33,555 nucleotides of DNA from NCBI GenBank assembly GCA_016198805.1, contig JACQHU010000019.1, positions 1-33,555 on the forward strand. Reading direction: 5' to 3'. Under the pieces are notes generated by a model that was not told the DNA's origin, made no database searches, and saw only the letters and a program-made list of their open reading frames with translations. Numbering within the stretch: position 1 is the stretch's first letter; every line of letters starts with the position of its first letter. This DNA is from Armatimonadota bacterium (GTDB lineage Bacteria; Sysuimicrobiota; Sysuimicrobiia; Sysuimicrobiales; Humicultoraceae). Below, in pieces: positions 8,907 through 17,144 of this stretch. A program made the translations under genes and the position numbers.

Positions 8907-10682
8907 TCAGAGCGGCCAGAACCACAGGATGAGCGGCACCGCCACCGCGACGATGACGACCTCAAGCGGCAGACCCACACGCCAGTAGTCGCCGAACTGG
9001 TAGCCACCCGGTCCCATCACCAGGGTGTTCGATTGATGCCCGATCGGCGTGAGAAACGCGGAGGAGGCACCGATCGCGACCGCCATGAGGAAGGGATCGA
9101 TCGACACGCCCATGCCGTGGGCGACGCCGATCGCAATGGGCGCCATCACTATGGCCGCGGCCGCATTGTTGACGAGATCCGAAAGGAACATGGTGCCCAC
9201 CAGGACGATCGTGAGCGTGGCCACGGGCGGCAGTTGCGCGGACAGGGCCAGCAGCGCGCCGGCGATGAGCCGGGCGCCGCCCGTGGTCTCCAGGGCCCGG
9301 CCGACCGGAATCATGGCGCCGAGCAGGACGATGATCGGCCAGTCGATGCTCTCGTAGAGCTCGCGAAGCGGGAGCAGCCCGACCAGCACCATAGCCAGGG
9401 CCGCCGTGGTGAAGGCGATCTGCACCGGCGCCAGCCCCGTGGCGGCGGCCGCCAGGGCCAGGCTGAAGATGCCCACCGCCGGCAGGAATCGGAGCGGCTG
9501 CCCGATCCGAAGCCCTCGCTCGGCCAGCGGCAGACATCCCAGCAGCGGCAGCACCTCGGCGAGCGCCTCCTCCCCGCCCTGGAGGAGCAGGACATCGCCG
9601 GCCCGGAAGCGGATATCCGACAGCCGCGCCTTGAGCCGCGCCCCCTGACGCGCCACAGCCAGCAGGTTCACGCCGTGGCGCCGGCGGAGGTTCAGGCTCC
9701 GCGCGGTCTTGCCCACGATGCGAGCGTCGAGCGTGACGACGGCCTCGACGATGGTGACTTCGTCCGAGCCGAGTGCGTCTTCTCCGAGCTGCTTGGCTCC
9801 AACCAGCTTCAGGCCGGTCTTGTCGATCAGCGCCTGCAGGTCTTCAGAGTCGGCCTCGATGACGAGGCCATCGCCCGCCCGCAGGAGTTCGGACCCGGAG
9901 GGCGCCGGGAACCGCCGTTCGCCGCGCACGAGGGCCACGACGGTGATCTCCGCGTCGTCCATCGCCTCGAGGTCCCGGATCGGCTGGTCCACGACCTTCG
10001 ACTCCGGCGGCACCCGGACCTCGGTGATGTAGCTCTCGATCTCGAAGAGCTCCTGGCGGGATGTCTTTCCCCTACGCCGCGGAACGAGCCGCCATCCCAC
10101 CAGCGCCATGAAGAGCACGCCAGCGACGGTGACCCCCAGGCCGACCGGCGTGAAGTCGAACATGCGAAACGGCTCGGCGCCGTCCCGCGCGCGGAAGGTG
10201 GCGATGATGATGTTCGGCGGCGTGCCGATGAGGGTGATCAACCCGCCGAGCAGTGAGCCGAAGGCCAGAGGCATGAGGAGAGCCGAGGGGGGGTTGTCGC
10301 TCCTACGCGCCAGCCGGATCGCGATGGGCATGAACAGGGCCAGTGCGCCCACATTGTTCATGAAGGCCGACGCCGCCGCGACCACGCCCGTCAGCGCCCC
10401 GACCTGGACAATGAGTCGATCGCCGATGCGTGACATCCAGTCAGCCACCACATGGACCGCGCCCGACGTGAAGAGGCCGCGGCTCACGACCAGCACCGCG
10501 GCCACCGTGATCACGGCCGGATGCCCGAACCCATCGAACGCCTCGCCCGGAGGCACGAGTCCCGTCACGGTGACCACCAGGAGGGCCAGGAGCGCGACGA
10601 TGTCGTATCGCCAGCGCCCGGTGATGAACAACACCAGCGACATGGCCAGGACGCCGAAGACGATGGCCTGCTCGGCCGTCAT
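8907..10682 (-). CDS. SLC13/DASS-like permease with two TrkA-C (RCK-C) domains
   Basis: SAFMNNVGA, TLIGTPPNII and TPIGHQSNTLVMGPGGYQFGDYWRVG motifs; central soluble TrkA-C repeats; GAGGAG RBS. Confidence 0.9.
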   Translation of the reverse strand: MTAEQAIVFGVLAMSLVLFITGRWRYDIVALLALLVVTVTGLVPPGEAFDGFGHPAVITVAAVLVVSRGLFTSGAVHVVADWMSRIGDRLIVQVGALTGVVAAASAFMNNVGALALFMPIAIRLARRSDNPPSALLMPLAFGSLLGGLITLIGTPPNIIIATFRARDGAEPFRMFDFTPVGLGVTVAGVLFMALVGWRLVPRRRGKTSRQELFEIESYITEVRVPPESKVVDQPIRDLEAMDDAEITVVALVRGERRFPAPSGSELLRAGDGLVIEADSEDLQALIDKTGLKLVGAKQLGEDALGSDEVTIVEAVVTLDARIVGKTARSLNLRRRHGVNLLAVARQGARLKARLSDIRFRAGDVLLLQGGEEALAEVLPLLGCLPLAERGLRIGQPLRFLPAVGIFSLALAAAATGLAPVQIAFTTAALAMVLVGLLPLRELYESIDWPIIVLLGAMIPVGRALETTGGARLIAGALLALSAQLPPVATLTIVLVGTMFLSDLVNNAAAAIVMAPIAIGVAHGMGVSIDPFLMAVAIGASSAFLTPIGHQSNTLVMGPGGYQFGDYWRVGLPLEVVIVAVAVPLILWFWPL

Positions 10683-10796
10683 CCCTGTCTCCTCACTGAC
10701 GCGGGACCACGATCATGGCGACCTGACGCGCATGCTTCGTGGCCGTTCGAGCCCTCTCCCCAGGAACGTCGCCAGCCAGGCCACAAACGTAGCGCG

Positions 10797-12032
10797 TTAC
10801 ACGCCGAGAAGCGACGCATACAGCCGGAGCTCATCGGCAATCAACCGGGTCAGCAGGAATTGGCGGCGTACCAGCTCCCGCCCGCGCTTTCCCAGCTCCC
10901 TGGCCTCTTCAGGATGCTCCAGCAGCCACAGGATCCGGTCGGCGGCCTCTTCCACGGAGGCGACGAGAAAGCCCCCACCCTCACGCATCTGCATGGGGAT
11001 CCCACCGGCTCGCCCCGCCACCACGGGCGTGCCCTTCCAGAGCGCCTCGGAAATCACCAGGCCGAATCCCTCACGAATCGACTTCTGGATGACCACCTGC
11101 GAGAGGCGCTGGACCGCGTTGACCTCGATGTTGCCCACGCCGGTCAGGTTCGTGAAGATGTGGATCTCCCGGTCGGTCCGGGAGGCTTCCAGGATCTGGT
11201 GGTAGATGTCCCACCCTTCGGGATCGTCGAGCGCCATGGATCCCACCAGCGCGAGCTGCAACTTGGGAATCGCCTGCTTGACGCGCCGGTACGACTCAAT
11301 CACGCCCAGCGGGTCCTTCCAGGGGTCGAACCGCGAGACCTGAGTGACCAGAGGCCGGTCCACATCCACCCCAATCCACCGGAGCAGCCGCCGGGCAAAC
11401 TCCGGGGCGATCTCGATGTTCTTGGGACTCTCGGGGTCGATGGCGGGCGGGATCATCTCGATGCGATGGACCTGGCAGTCCGGCGGGACGAAGTCCTGGA
11501 GCGTGAAGACGGCGGCATCGTAGTCGCTCAGGTAGGGGCGCAGGAATCCCCACACCTGGGGGTTGGGCTCGGAGGTATCGATGTGACACCGCCAGATCCA
11601 CCTGGCCGCATTCTTTCCACGGAAATGGAGCAGGGCCAGCGGCTGAGGATCGTGGACCACGATCACATCATACGGTTCTTCCAGCAACTGCGCGTTTCTC
11701 GTGGAGTAGGTGAGATACGTCTCCTGCTCCGTCGTCGCGAGTTCGCGGGACGCTCCTTGCAGCCCGTTGTGGATCGTCTTGGTCACGCGGAAGAACGCCT
11801 CGTCCCCCGTGATCAGCTTCCAGTCGGCTTGGATTCCCAGGTCGCGCAACAGCGGGATCTGCGAACGGAGAATCTCGGCCACCCCTCCCCCGTACGGCGT
11901 GGCGTTGATGTGGAGGACGCGCGCTCCCCGGAGATCCTCGGCCTGCGCCCGCAGCGCCTCGACGACCTCGACACCCGCACTGGTGTTGTAGCTGTCGATG
12001 GATTGCGTGCCGACGTCAACGGATGCCAGCAT
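10797..12032 (-). CDS. treT: GT4 glycosyltransferase, TreT-like (trehalose glycosyltransferring synthase)
   Basis: [41 protein letters not shown] and [18 protein letters not shown] motifs. Confidence 0.85.
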   Translation of the reverse strand: MLASVDVGTQSIDSYNTSAGVEVVEALRAQAEDLRGARVLHINATPYGGGVAEILRSQIPLLRDLGIQADWKLITGDEAFFRVTKTIHNGLQGASRELATTEQETYLTYSTRNAQLLEEPYDVIVVHDPQPLALLHFRGKNAARWIWRCHIDTSEPNPQVWGFLRPYLSDYDAAVFTLQDFVPPDCQVHRIEMIPPAIDPESPKNIEIAPEFARRLLRWIGVDVDRPLVTQVSRFDPWKDPLGVIESYRRVKQAIPKLQLALVGSMALDDPEGWDIYHQILEASRTDREIHIFTNLTGVGNIEVNAVQRLSQVVIQKSIREGFGLVISEALWKGTPVVAGRAGGIPMQMREGGGFLVASVEEAADRILWLLEHPEEARELGKRGRELVRRQFLLTRLIADELRLYASLLGV

Positions 12033-12076
12033 GAAGCCCTTAAGGGATAGGAGGTGATCTCCGCGGCGCCGCCCGC

Positions 12077-12871
12077 CTACCTGCAGGGGACCCGCAGGGC
12101 AGACGAGCTGATGCCGATCCCCCAGGTGTCATCACTCATCCCGCCCCCGGCGAAGATGCCGGCGACCTGGCCGGAGCCGTTGAGCACCGGCGATCCGCTG
12201 TGCCCGGGCGCCGCCGCCCGATCATAGACGACCGTGAATACCGGGGTCCCGTCGGGCGCGCGGTTCACCTCCCGCACCGTCCCCGTAGCCGACCAGCGGC
12301 GAGGGATGGGGAGGCGCCCGAACCCCACGATGCGCACCCCATCCCCCTGGCGCGGGTCTGCGCCGAGGGTCAGGGGGAAGAACGACGGCATCGGCCCTTC
12401 GTGCTTTCTGGCGACGGTGATGAACTGACCGTCGGGGGCGCGTACGCCCCACTGTCCGAAGGGCACGTCAGGGAGGACGACTTTGATCTGCGCCACATCC
12501 CGCTCCAGGGGCACGCCTGCCGGTGCCGGCCGCGTGGGATCCTGCGTGAGCCGGCTCGCGCACACCACTTTGGCGGAAAAGAACGCGCCGTCCAGAATCG
12601 CCAGGAGCTGGAAGCGTGCTGGGTCTCGATGCGGGCGCCAGACGACGTGGCTGGTGGTCAGTGCCGTTCCCTCGGCGTCGGTGAAGAAGGCGGTGCCCGA
12701 ACTGAACTCGCGATACCCGCTGCCTTCCTGGCCGATGACCTCGAGGAGAAACACGCCGCGCTCGGCGGCCGTGGTCTCTTGCGCGGCGGCGTGCGGTCGA
12801 CCGACGAGGACAGCGATGGTGGCGGCCAGCGCCGCGCACATGACGACCACGCCGAAGCGACCGAGCGCCAT
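12077..12871 (-). CDS. Secreted trypsin-like (S1) serine protease
   Basis: Hydrophobic N-terminus ending in AAA|Q; triad motifs LTTSHVV, ERDVAQI and PGHSGSPVL; no PDZ domain. Start is 12871 or 12883. Confidence 0.8.
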   Translation of the reverse strand: MALGRFGVVVMCAALAATIAVLVGRPHAAAQETTAAERGVFLLEVIGQEGSGYREFSSGTAFFTDAEGTALTTSHVVWRPHRDPARFQLLAILDGAFFSAKVVCASRLTQDPTRPAPAGVPLERDVAQIKVVLPDVPFGQWGVRAPDGQFITVARKHEGPMPSFFPLTLGADPRQGDGVRIVGFGRLPIPRRWSATGTVREVNRAPDGTPVFTVVYDRAAAPGHSGSPVLNGSGQVAGIFAGGGMSDDTWGIGISSSALRVPCR

Positions 12872-12917
12872 CTGGCCGCCCACCTCCGTGATTGGTGTCT
12901 GTCTTCTTGACCCGGCG

Positions 12918-14192
12918 CTATCCGGCCTCTCGAATCCCGGCGGACCCGTCCCGTACCACGCGGGCGCCCAGGAGGGTCAGCTTCCCCTCCAGCCCCTCAT
13001 ACCCGCGGTCGAGGTTTTCGACCTTCGAGATCTCGGTCTCCCCCTCCGCCGCCAGGGCCGCGATGACCACGGCGGCCCCGCCGCGGATGTCCGGCGCCTC
13101 TACCGGAGCGCCGGAAAGGCGCGACGGCCCGTTGACGTGCACCGTTTCCCCTTCCACCCTGACGTCCGCGCCCATCCGCCGAAGTTCGTCGGTGTACGCG
13201 AACCGTGACTCGAAGACCGTCTCGCGGATCCTGGAGGTGCCGCGGGCCAGGGTCAGCATGGCGGCCATCTGCGGGTGCAGGTCGGTGGCGAAACCGGGAT
13301 AGGGCGCGGTGTCGACGTCGAGCGCCCGGATCTCGCCCGTCGCCCGCACGCGGACCCCGTCGGTGCCGGGCACCACTTCCAGCCCGGCTTCCTCCAGCTT
13401 CGTCAGCAGCGCGGTCACGTGCTCGGGGATCATCCCCTCGACCAGGACATCACCGCCGGTGGCGGCGCCGGCCAGCAGGTAGGTGCCGCCTTCATTGCGG
13501 TCCGGAACGATCGTGTACGTGCTGCCGTGGAGTTCGTCGGTGCCCTCGATCGTGATGGTATCGGTGCCGGCTCCCCGGATCCGGGCCCCCATGAGGTTGA
13601 GGAATACCGCGGTGTCGACGATCTCCGGCTCGCGGGCGGCATTCTGCAGCACCGTGGTTCCCTTCGCCATGCTGGCCGCCAGCATCATGTTGGTGGTGGT
13701 GCCGAAGCTGCTGCGGGGCACGTAGAACAGCCCCCCGCGCAGGCGGCGAGCCGCGGCCTTCACGAAGCCGTGCTCGGTGACCACCTTCGCGCCGAGTGCG
13801 GCAAAGCCCCGCAGGTGAAAGTCTACGGGCCGGGCCCCGATCGAGCATCCGCCCGGCAGCGGCACCTGCGCCCGGCCCATCCGCCCCAGCAGCACGCCCG
13901 CGGTGTAGAACGACGCCCGCATGCTGCGGCAGAGGTCGTACGGGGCCGCGTGATTCGTCAGCCCGCGCGCGTCGATGGTCAGGCGCCCGGGGACGAAGGC
14001 GATGCGCGCTCCCAGCGCTTCCAGGATCTCCACCAGGGTGGTGACGTCCCGGCAGTGCGGAACGTTTTCGAGGGTCGAGACGTCGGCAGCCAGCGCGGCA
14101 GCGGCGATGATGGCGAGCGAGCTGTTCTTCCCTCCGGCGACATTGACCGCGCCGCGCAGACGGCGGCCGCCTGTGATGCGTAACGTCTCCAC
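12918..14192 (-). CDS. murA: UDP-N-acetylglucosamine 1-carboxyvinyltransferase (MurA/MurZ family)
   Basis: GGKNS, MRAS, LPGGCSIGARP (catalytic Cys), NAAREPEI, YPGFATD and LDRGYE motifs; GTG start at 14192 after AGGAGG. Confidence 0.95.
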   Translation of the reverse strand: METLRITGGRRLRGAVNVAGGKNSSLAIIAAAALAADVSTLENVPHCRDVTTLVEILEALGARIAFVPGRLTIDARGLTNHAAPYDLCRSMRASFYTAGVLLGRMGRAQVPLPGGCSIGARPVDFHLRGFAALGAKVVTEHGFVKAAARRLRGGLFYVPRSSFGTTTNMMLAASMAKGTTVLQNAAREPEIVDTAVFLNLMGARIRGAGTDTITIEGTDELHGSTYTIVPDRNEGGTYLLAGAATGGDVLVEGMIPEHVTALLTKLEEAGLEVVPGTDGVRVRATGEIRALDVDTAPYPGFATDLHPQMAAMLTLARGTSRIRETVFESRFAYTDELRRMGADVRVEGETVHVNGPSRLSGAPVEAPDIRGGAAVVIAALAAEGETEISKVENLDRGYEGLEGKLTLLGARVVRDGSAGIREAG

Positions 14193-14226
14193 CGAGTCCC
14201 TCCTGCGACGAAACGTGTGACTGCTG

Positions 14227-14499
14227 CTACGATGTGGCCGCGCGCAGCCGGTTCTCCATGTAGGTCCGGACCAGCTCCTCCAGGAGGAGGATCCGGTCGA
14301 CCTGACGGATCGCCTTCCGCGCGTCGCCGTGACTCGTGATATACGTGGGATCCCCTGACAGGAGGTACCCGACGATCTGCTCCACGGGGTTGTAGCCCCG
14401 CTCTTCCAATGCCCGGTACACGTCGAGCAGGATGTCCTGCACGCCGCCGGCGGTGAGATCACCGCGCCGGAAGACCCCGGTGCGTTCCCGTTCCTCCAT
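14227..14499 (-). CDS. ireB: IreB/ReoM family regulatory phosphoprotein (UPF0297)
   Basis: [35 protein letters not shown]...R..LLEELV..Y signature; 90 aa; ATG 14499 after GGAGG; Thr at residue 7. Confidence 0.93.
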   Translation of the reverse strand: MEERERTGVFRRGDLTAGGVQDILLDVYRALEERGYNPVEQIVGYLLSGDPTYITSHGDARKAIRQVDRILLLEELVRTYMENRLRAATS

Positions 14500-14579
14500 G
14501 ACCGACACCTCCGATCCCACCGGCCCTTTCTGCGCCGCGCTGGCGGCTCTTCCGGCAGGACGCCATGCGAGACGAGCCC

Positions 14580-14656
14580 TGGTGGGCCCGCCTGGCTTCG
14601 ATCCAGGAACCTGCGCCTTATGAGGGCGCTGCTCTCACCACTTGAGCTACGGGCCC
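14580..14656 (-). tRNA. tRNA with CAT anticodon, most likely tRNA-Ile2 (lysidine type); elongator Met not excluded
   Basis: GGGCCCG TA GCTC AAGTGGTGA GAGC A GCGCC CTCATAA GGCGC AGGTT CCTGG ATCGAAG CCAGG CGGGCCC A CCA; all stems pair. G1-C72 and absence of the three G-C anticodon pairs exclude fMet. Confidence 0.9.
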
Positions 14657-14664
14657 GCGCGACG

Positions 14665-14673
14665 ATTATAGCA
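14665..14673 (-). promoter_or_regulatory. Consensus extended -10 sigma70/sigmaA promoter (TGnTATAAT) for the tRNA(CAT) unit
   Basis: Minus strand TGCTATAAT ends 8 nt before the mature tRNA 5' end and overlaps the truA TAA stop. Confidence 0.8.
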
Positions 14674-15448
14674 TCACAGGGCCTTCGCCACCCCGTGGGC
14701 GGTCTGCGGCGGGATCATAGACGATCCGCATCAGGTACAGCCCGTGGGCCGGGGCCGGCGGGCCGGCCCGTTGAGTGTCACGGGACCCCAGGATGGCTGG
14801 AATGGCGTCGGGCGCCAGCGCCCCGCGGCCGATCTGAAGCAGCGTCCCCACCATGCGGCGCGCCATCTGCCTGAGGAACCGGTTGGCGGCCACGGTGAAG
14901 AGGATCAGGTCGCCTCGGCGCTCAATAGTCACGGCGGCCAGCGAGCAGATCGTGGAGGCCGTCGCGGTGCCACTCACGCGGAAGGCCGCGAAGTCGTGTC
15001 GGCCTTCCAGATGGGCTGCCGCGGCCCGCATCGCTTCCAGATCCAGCGGGCCAGGCACGTGGTGCGCGTAGCCGCGCAGCAGGGCCGACGGTCTGGGACG
15101 GGCCAGCACCGCGTAGCGGTAGATCCGCAGCCGCGCGTCGCGCCGGGCGTGGAACGTGGCCGCGGCCTCGCACACCTCGCGGACCACGATGTCGGGAGGC
15201 AGGAGCGCGTTGAGTCCGTCGCGGATCCGCTCGGCGGCGAGGCCACTCTCGGTCGTCAGATGAGCCACCTGGCCCAGCGCGTGGACCCCCGCATCGGTGC
15301 GGCCGGCGCCCACCACGCGGTGAGGCGTCTGCAACAGCCGGGCGGCCGCCTCCTCCAGCGCCGCCTGGATCGATGGGACGTCCGGCTGGCGCTGCCAGCC
15401 GGCGTAGCGCCCCCCATCGTACTCGATCACCAGTTGCAGCGTGCGCAT
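14666..15448 (-). CDS. truA: tRNA pseudouridine(38-40) synthase
   Basis: YDGGRYAGWQRQ, GAGRTDAGVHA, FLRQMARRMVG and APAHGLYL motifs. Confidence 0.95.
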   Translation of the reverse strand: MRTLQLVIEYDGGRYAGWQRQPDVPSIQAALEEAAARLLQTPHRVVGAGRTDAGVHALGQVAHLTTESGLAAERIRDGLNALLPPDIVVREVCEAAATFHARRDARLRIYRYAVLARPRPSALLRGYAHHVPGPLDLEAMRAAAAHLEGRHDFAAFRVSGTATASTICSLAAVTIERRGDLILFTVAANRFLRQMARRMVGTLLQIGRGALAPDAIPAILGSRDTQRAGPPAPAHGLYLMRIVYDPAADRPRGGEGPVML

Positions 15449-15475
15449 GCCCGATTCCCGCCGCGCGGTTCGACG

Positions 15476-16285
15476 CTACCGCACCGACACCAGCAGCGCC
15501 GATGCCGCGACCACCAGCACCCCCGCCACCGCGTCGCCGAGTCCCCACCGGAGTTCTTTCATGCGGGTCCGGGGCGCGCTGCTGCTGTAACAGCGGGCTT
15601 CCATCGCCAGGGCCAGCTCCTCAGACCGCCGGATCGCGCTCAACAGCAGGGGCACCAGGACCGGGACCAGGGCCTGCGCGCGGCGGACGATGTTGCCCTG
15701 TCCGAACTCGGCGCCGCGCGCCGTCTGCGCCTTCATGATCCGCTCGGTCTCTTCGAGCAACGTGGGGATGAACCGCAGCGCGATGGTCATCATCATCGCG
15801 ATCTCGTGGCCGGGGAGGCCCACACGCCGCAGGGGCCGCAGCAGCCACTCGAGGCCATCCGCAAGTTCGACCGAGGAGGTGGTAAAGGTCAGCAGGGAGG
15901 TGATGGTGACCAGCAGGAGCAGGCGCGCCCCGACGAACAGGCCGGTGCGCAGCCCCTCCTCGGTGGCGACCAGAGGTCCTAGCACGAACAGCGTCCGCGC
16001 CTCGCTTCCGCCGCTGCCAAAGAAGGCGTTCAGCACGACGGTGAGCAGGAGCAAGAAGATGACCGGTCGCAATCCGCGCAGCGCGTACCCCAGGGGGATC
16101 TGCCCGAGCACCAGCAGCGCCAGCGAGGCGACAGCAAACAGGCCCAGCCCGGCCATCGCCCTCAACAGGAAGAGCACGACCGCCAGGGCCATGGTGGCCA
16201 GAATCTTCGTCCGCGGGTCGAGCCGGTGCAGCGGCGAATTTCGCGGCAAGTACTGTCCGACCGGCGCGTACTTAACGAGGTCCAC
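15476..16285 (-). CDS. ecfT: ECF transporter transmembrane component T
   Basis: LHRLDPRTK, IALRFIPTL, AQTARG and AMEARCY (the two XRX motifs). Confidence 0.93.
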   Translation of the reverse strand: MDLVKYAPVGQYLPRNSPLHRLDPRTKILATMALAVVLFLLRAMAGLGLFAVASLALLVLGQIPLGYALRGLRPVIFLLLLTVVLNAFFGSGGSEARTLFVLGPLVATEEGLRTGLFVGARLLLLVTITSLLTFTTSSVELADGLEWLLRPLRRVGLPGHEIAMMMTIALRFIPTLLEETERIMKAQTARGAEFGQGNIVRRAQALVPVLVPLLLSAIRRSEELALAMEARCYSSSAPRTRMKELRWGLGDAVAGVLVVAASALLVSVR

Positions 16286-17144
16286 GGTCCTGCCCTCGGA
16301 GCGCCGCGACGATCGCGGCGCGGGCGTCCTCCACGGTCAGCGCGTCGGCCACCCGAAGCCCGCGGCACTGCAGCAGCCGCACCAGCCGCGCGGCCTCCGG
16401 GAGCCCGAGGCCGATCCGGTGGAGATCTTCCTCGTGCGCAAACACCTCCCCCGGCGATCCCTCCAGGACGATCCGGCCCTCGTGCAGAACGATCACCCGC
16501 CGCGCAAGGCGGGCGACCTCTTCCATGCCGTGCGTGACGAGCACGATGGTCTGGCCCTGGCGGTGCAGGGCCTGGATCCGCGCCAGAAGTTCCTCCCGGC
16601 CGCGGGGATCAAGCCCGGCGGTCGGCTCGTCCAGAACCAGAACCCCGGGGCGCATCGCCAGGACGCCAGCCAGGGCGACCCGTCGCATCTCGCCGCCCGA
16701 CAACGAGAAGGGGGACCGGTCGCCAAATCCCGCGGGATCCAGGCCGACCTGCCGGAGCGCCTCGTCGACCCGCTGCGCGATCTCCTCTTCGGAGCATCCC
16801 AGGTTCTTGGGCCCGTAGGCGACGTCGCGCCGCACGGTCTCCTCGAAGAGCTGGTACTCGGCGAACTGAAAGGCCAGCCCGACCTGCCGGCGCGCACGCC
16901 GGCGGTCGGCGCGGGGGCCCCAGAGGTCCTGGCCCAGCACCCGAACCACCCCGGCGGTCGGGCGGAGCAGCCCGGCGCACAGCTGGATCAGCGTGGATTT
17001 GCCCGAGCCGGTGGGACCGATGAGCGCCAGCAACTCTCCCGGCTGCACCTCGAGCGACACGCCGCGCAGCGCGACAGCCGCCATGGGCGTGCCGCGCAGA
17101 TACGTGTAGTGCACCTGCTCGCAGGCGATGAGCGGATCAGGCAT
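16272..17144 (-). CDS. ecfA2: ECF transporter ATPase A2
   Basis: GPTGSGKST, FQFAEYQLF, LSGGEMRRVA and LDEPTAGLDP motifs; ATG 17144. Confidence 0.92.
   Translation of the reverse strand: MPDPLIACEQVHYTYLRGTPMAAVALRGVSLEVQPGELLALIGPTGSGKSTLIQLCAGLLRPTAGVVRVLGQDLWGPRADRRRARRQVGLAFQFAEYQLFEETVRRDVAYGPKNLGCSEEEIAQRVDEALRQVGLDPAGFGDRSPFSLSGGEMRRVALAGVLAMRPGVLVLDEPTAGLDPRGREELLARIQALHRQGQTIVLVTHGMEEVARLARRVIVLHEGRIVLEGSPGEVFAHEEDLHRIGLGLPEAARLVRLLQCRGLRVADALTVEDARAAIVAALRGQDRGPR

Noticed and set aside
14193-14462. N-terminal extension of MurA in the 514-aa ORF call (apparent ReoM-MurA fusion)
   Set aside because: It is a different frame from reoM. murA has its own AGGAGG and GTG at 14192, and reoM has its own stop at 14227.
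14580-14656. Initiator tRNA-fMet
   Set aside because: It has a G1-C72 pair rather than a C1:A72 mismatch, and lacks the GGG/CCC pairs at the base of the anticodon stem.
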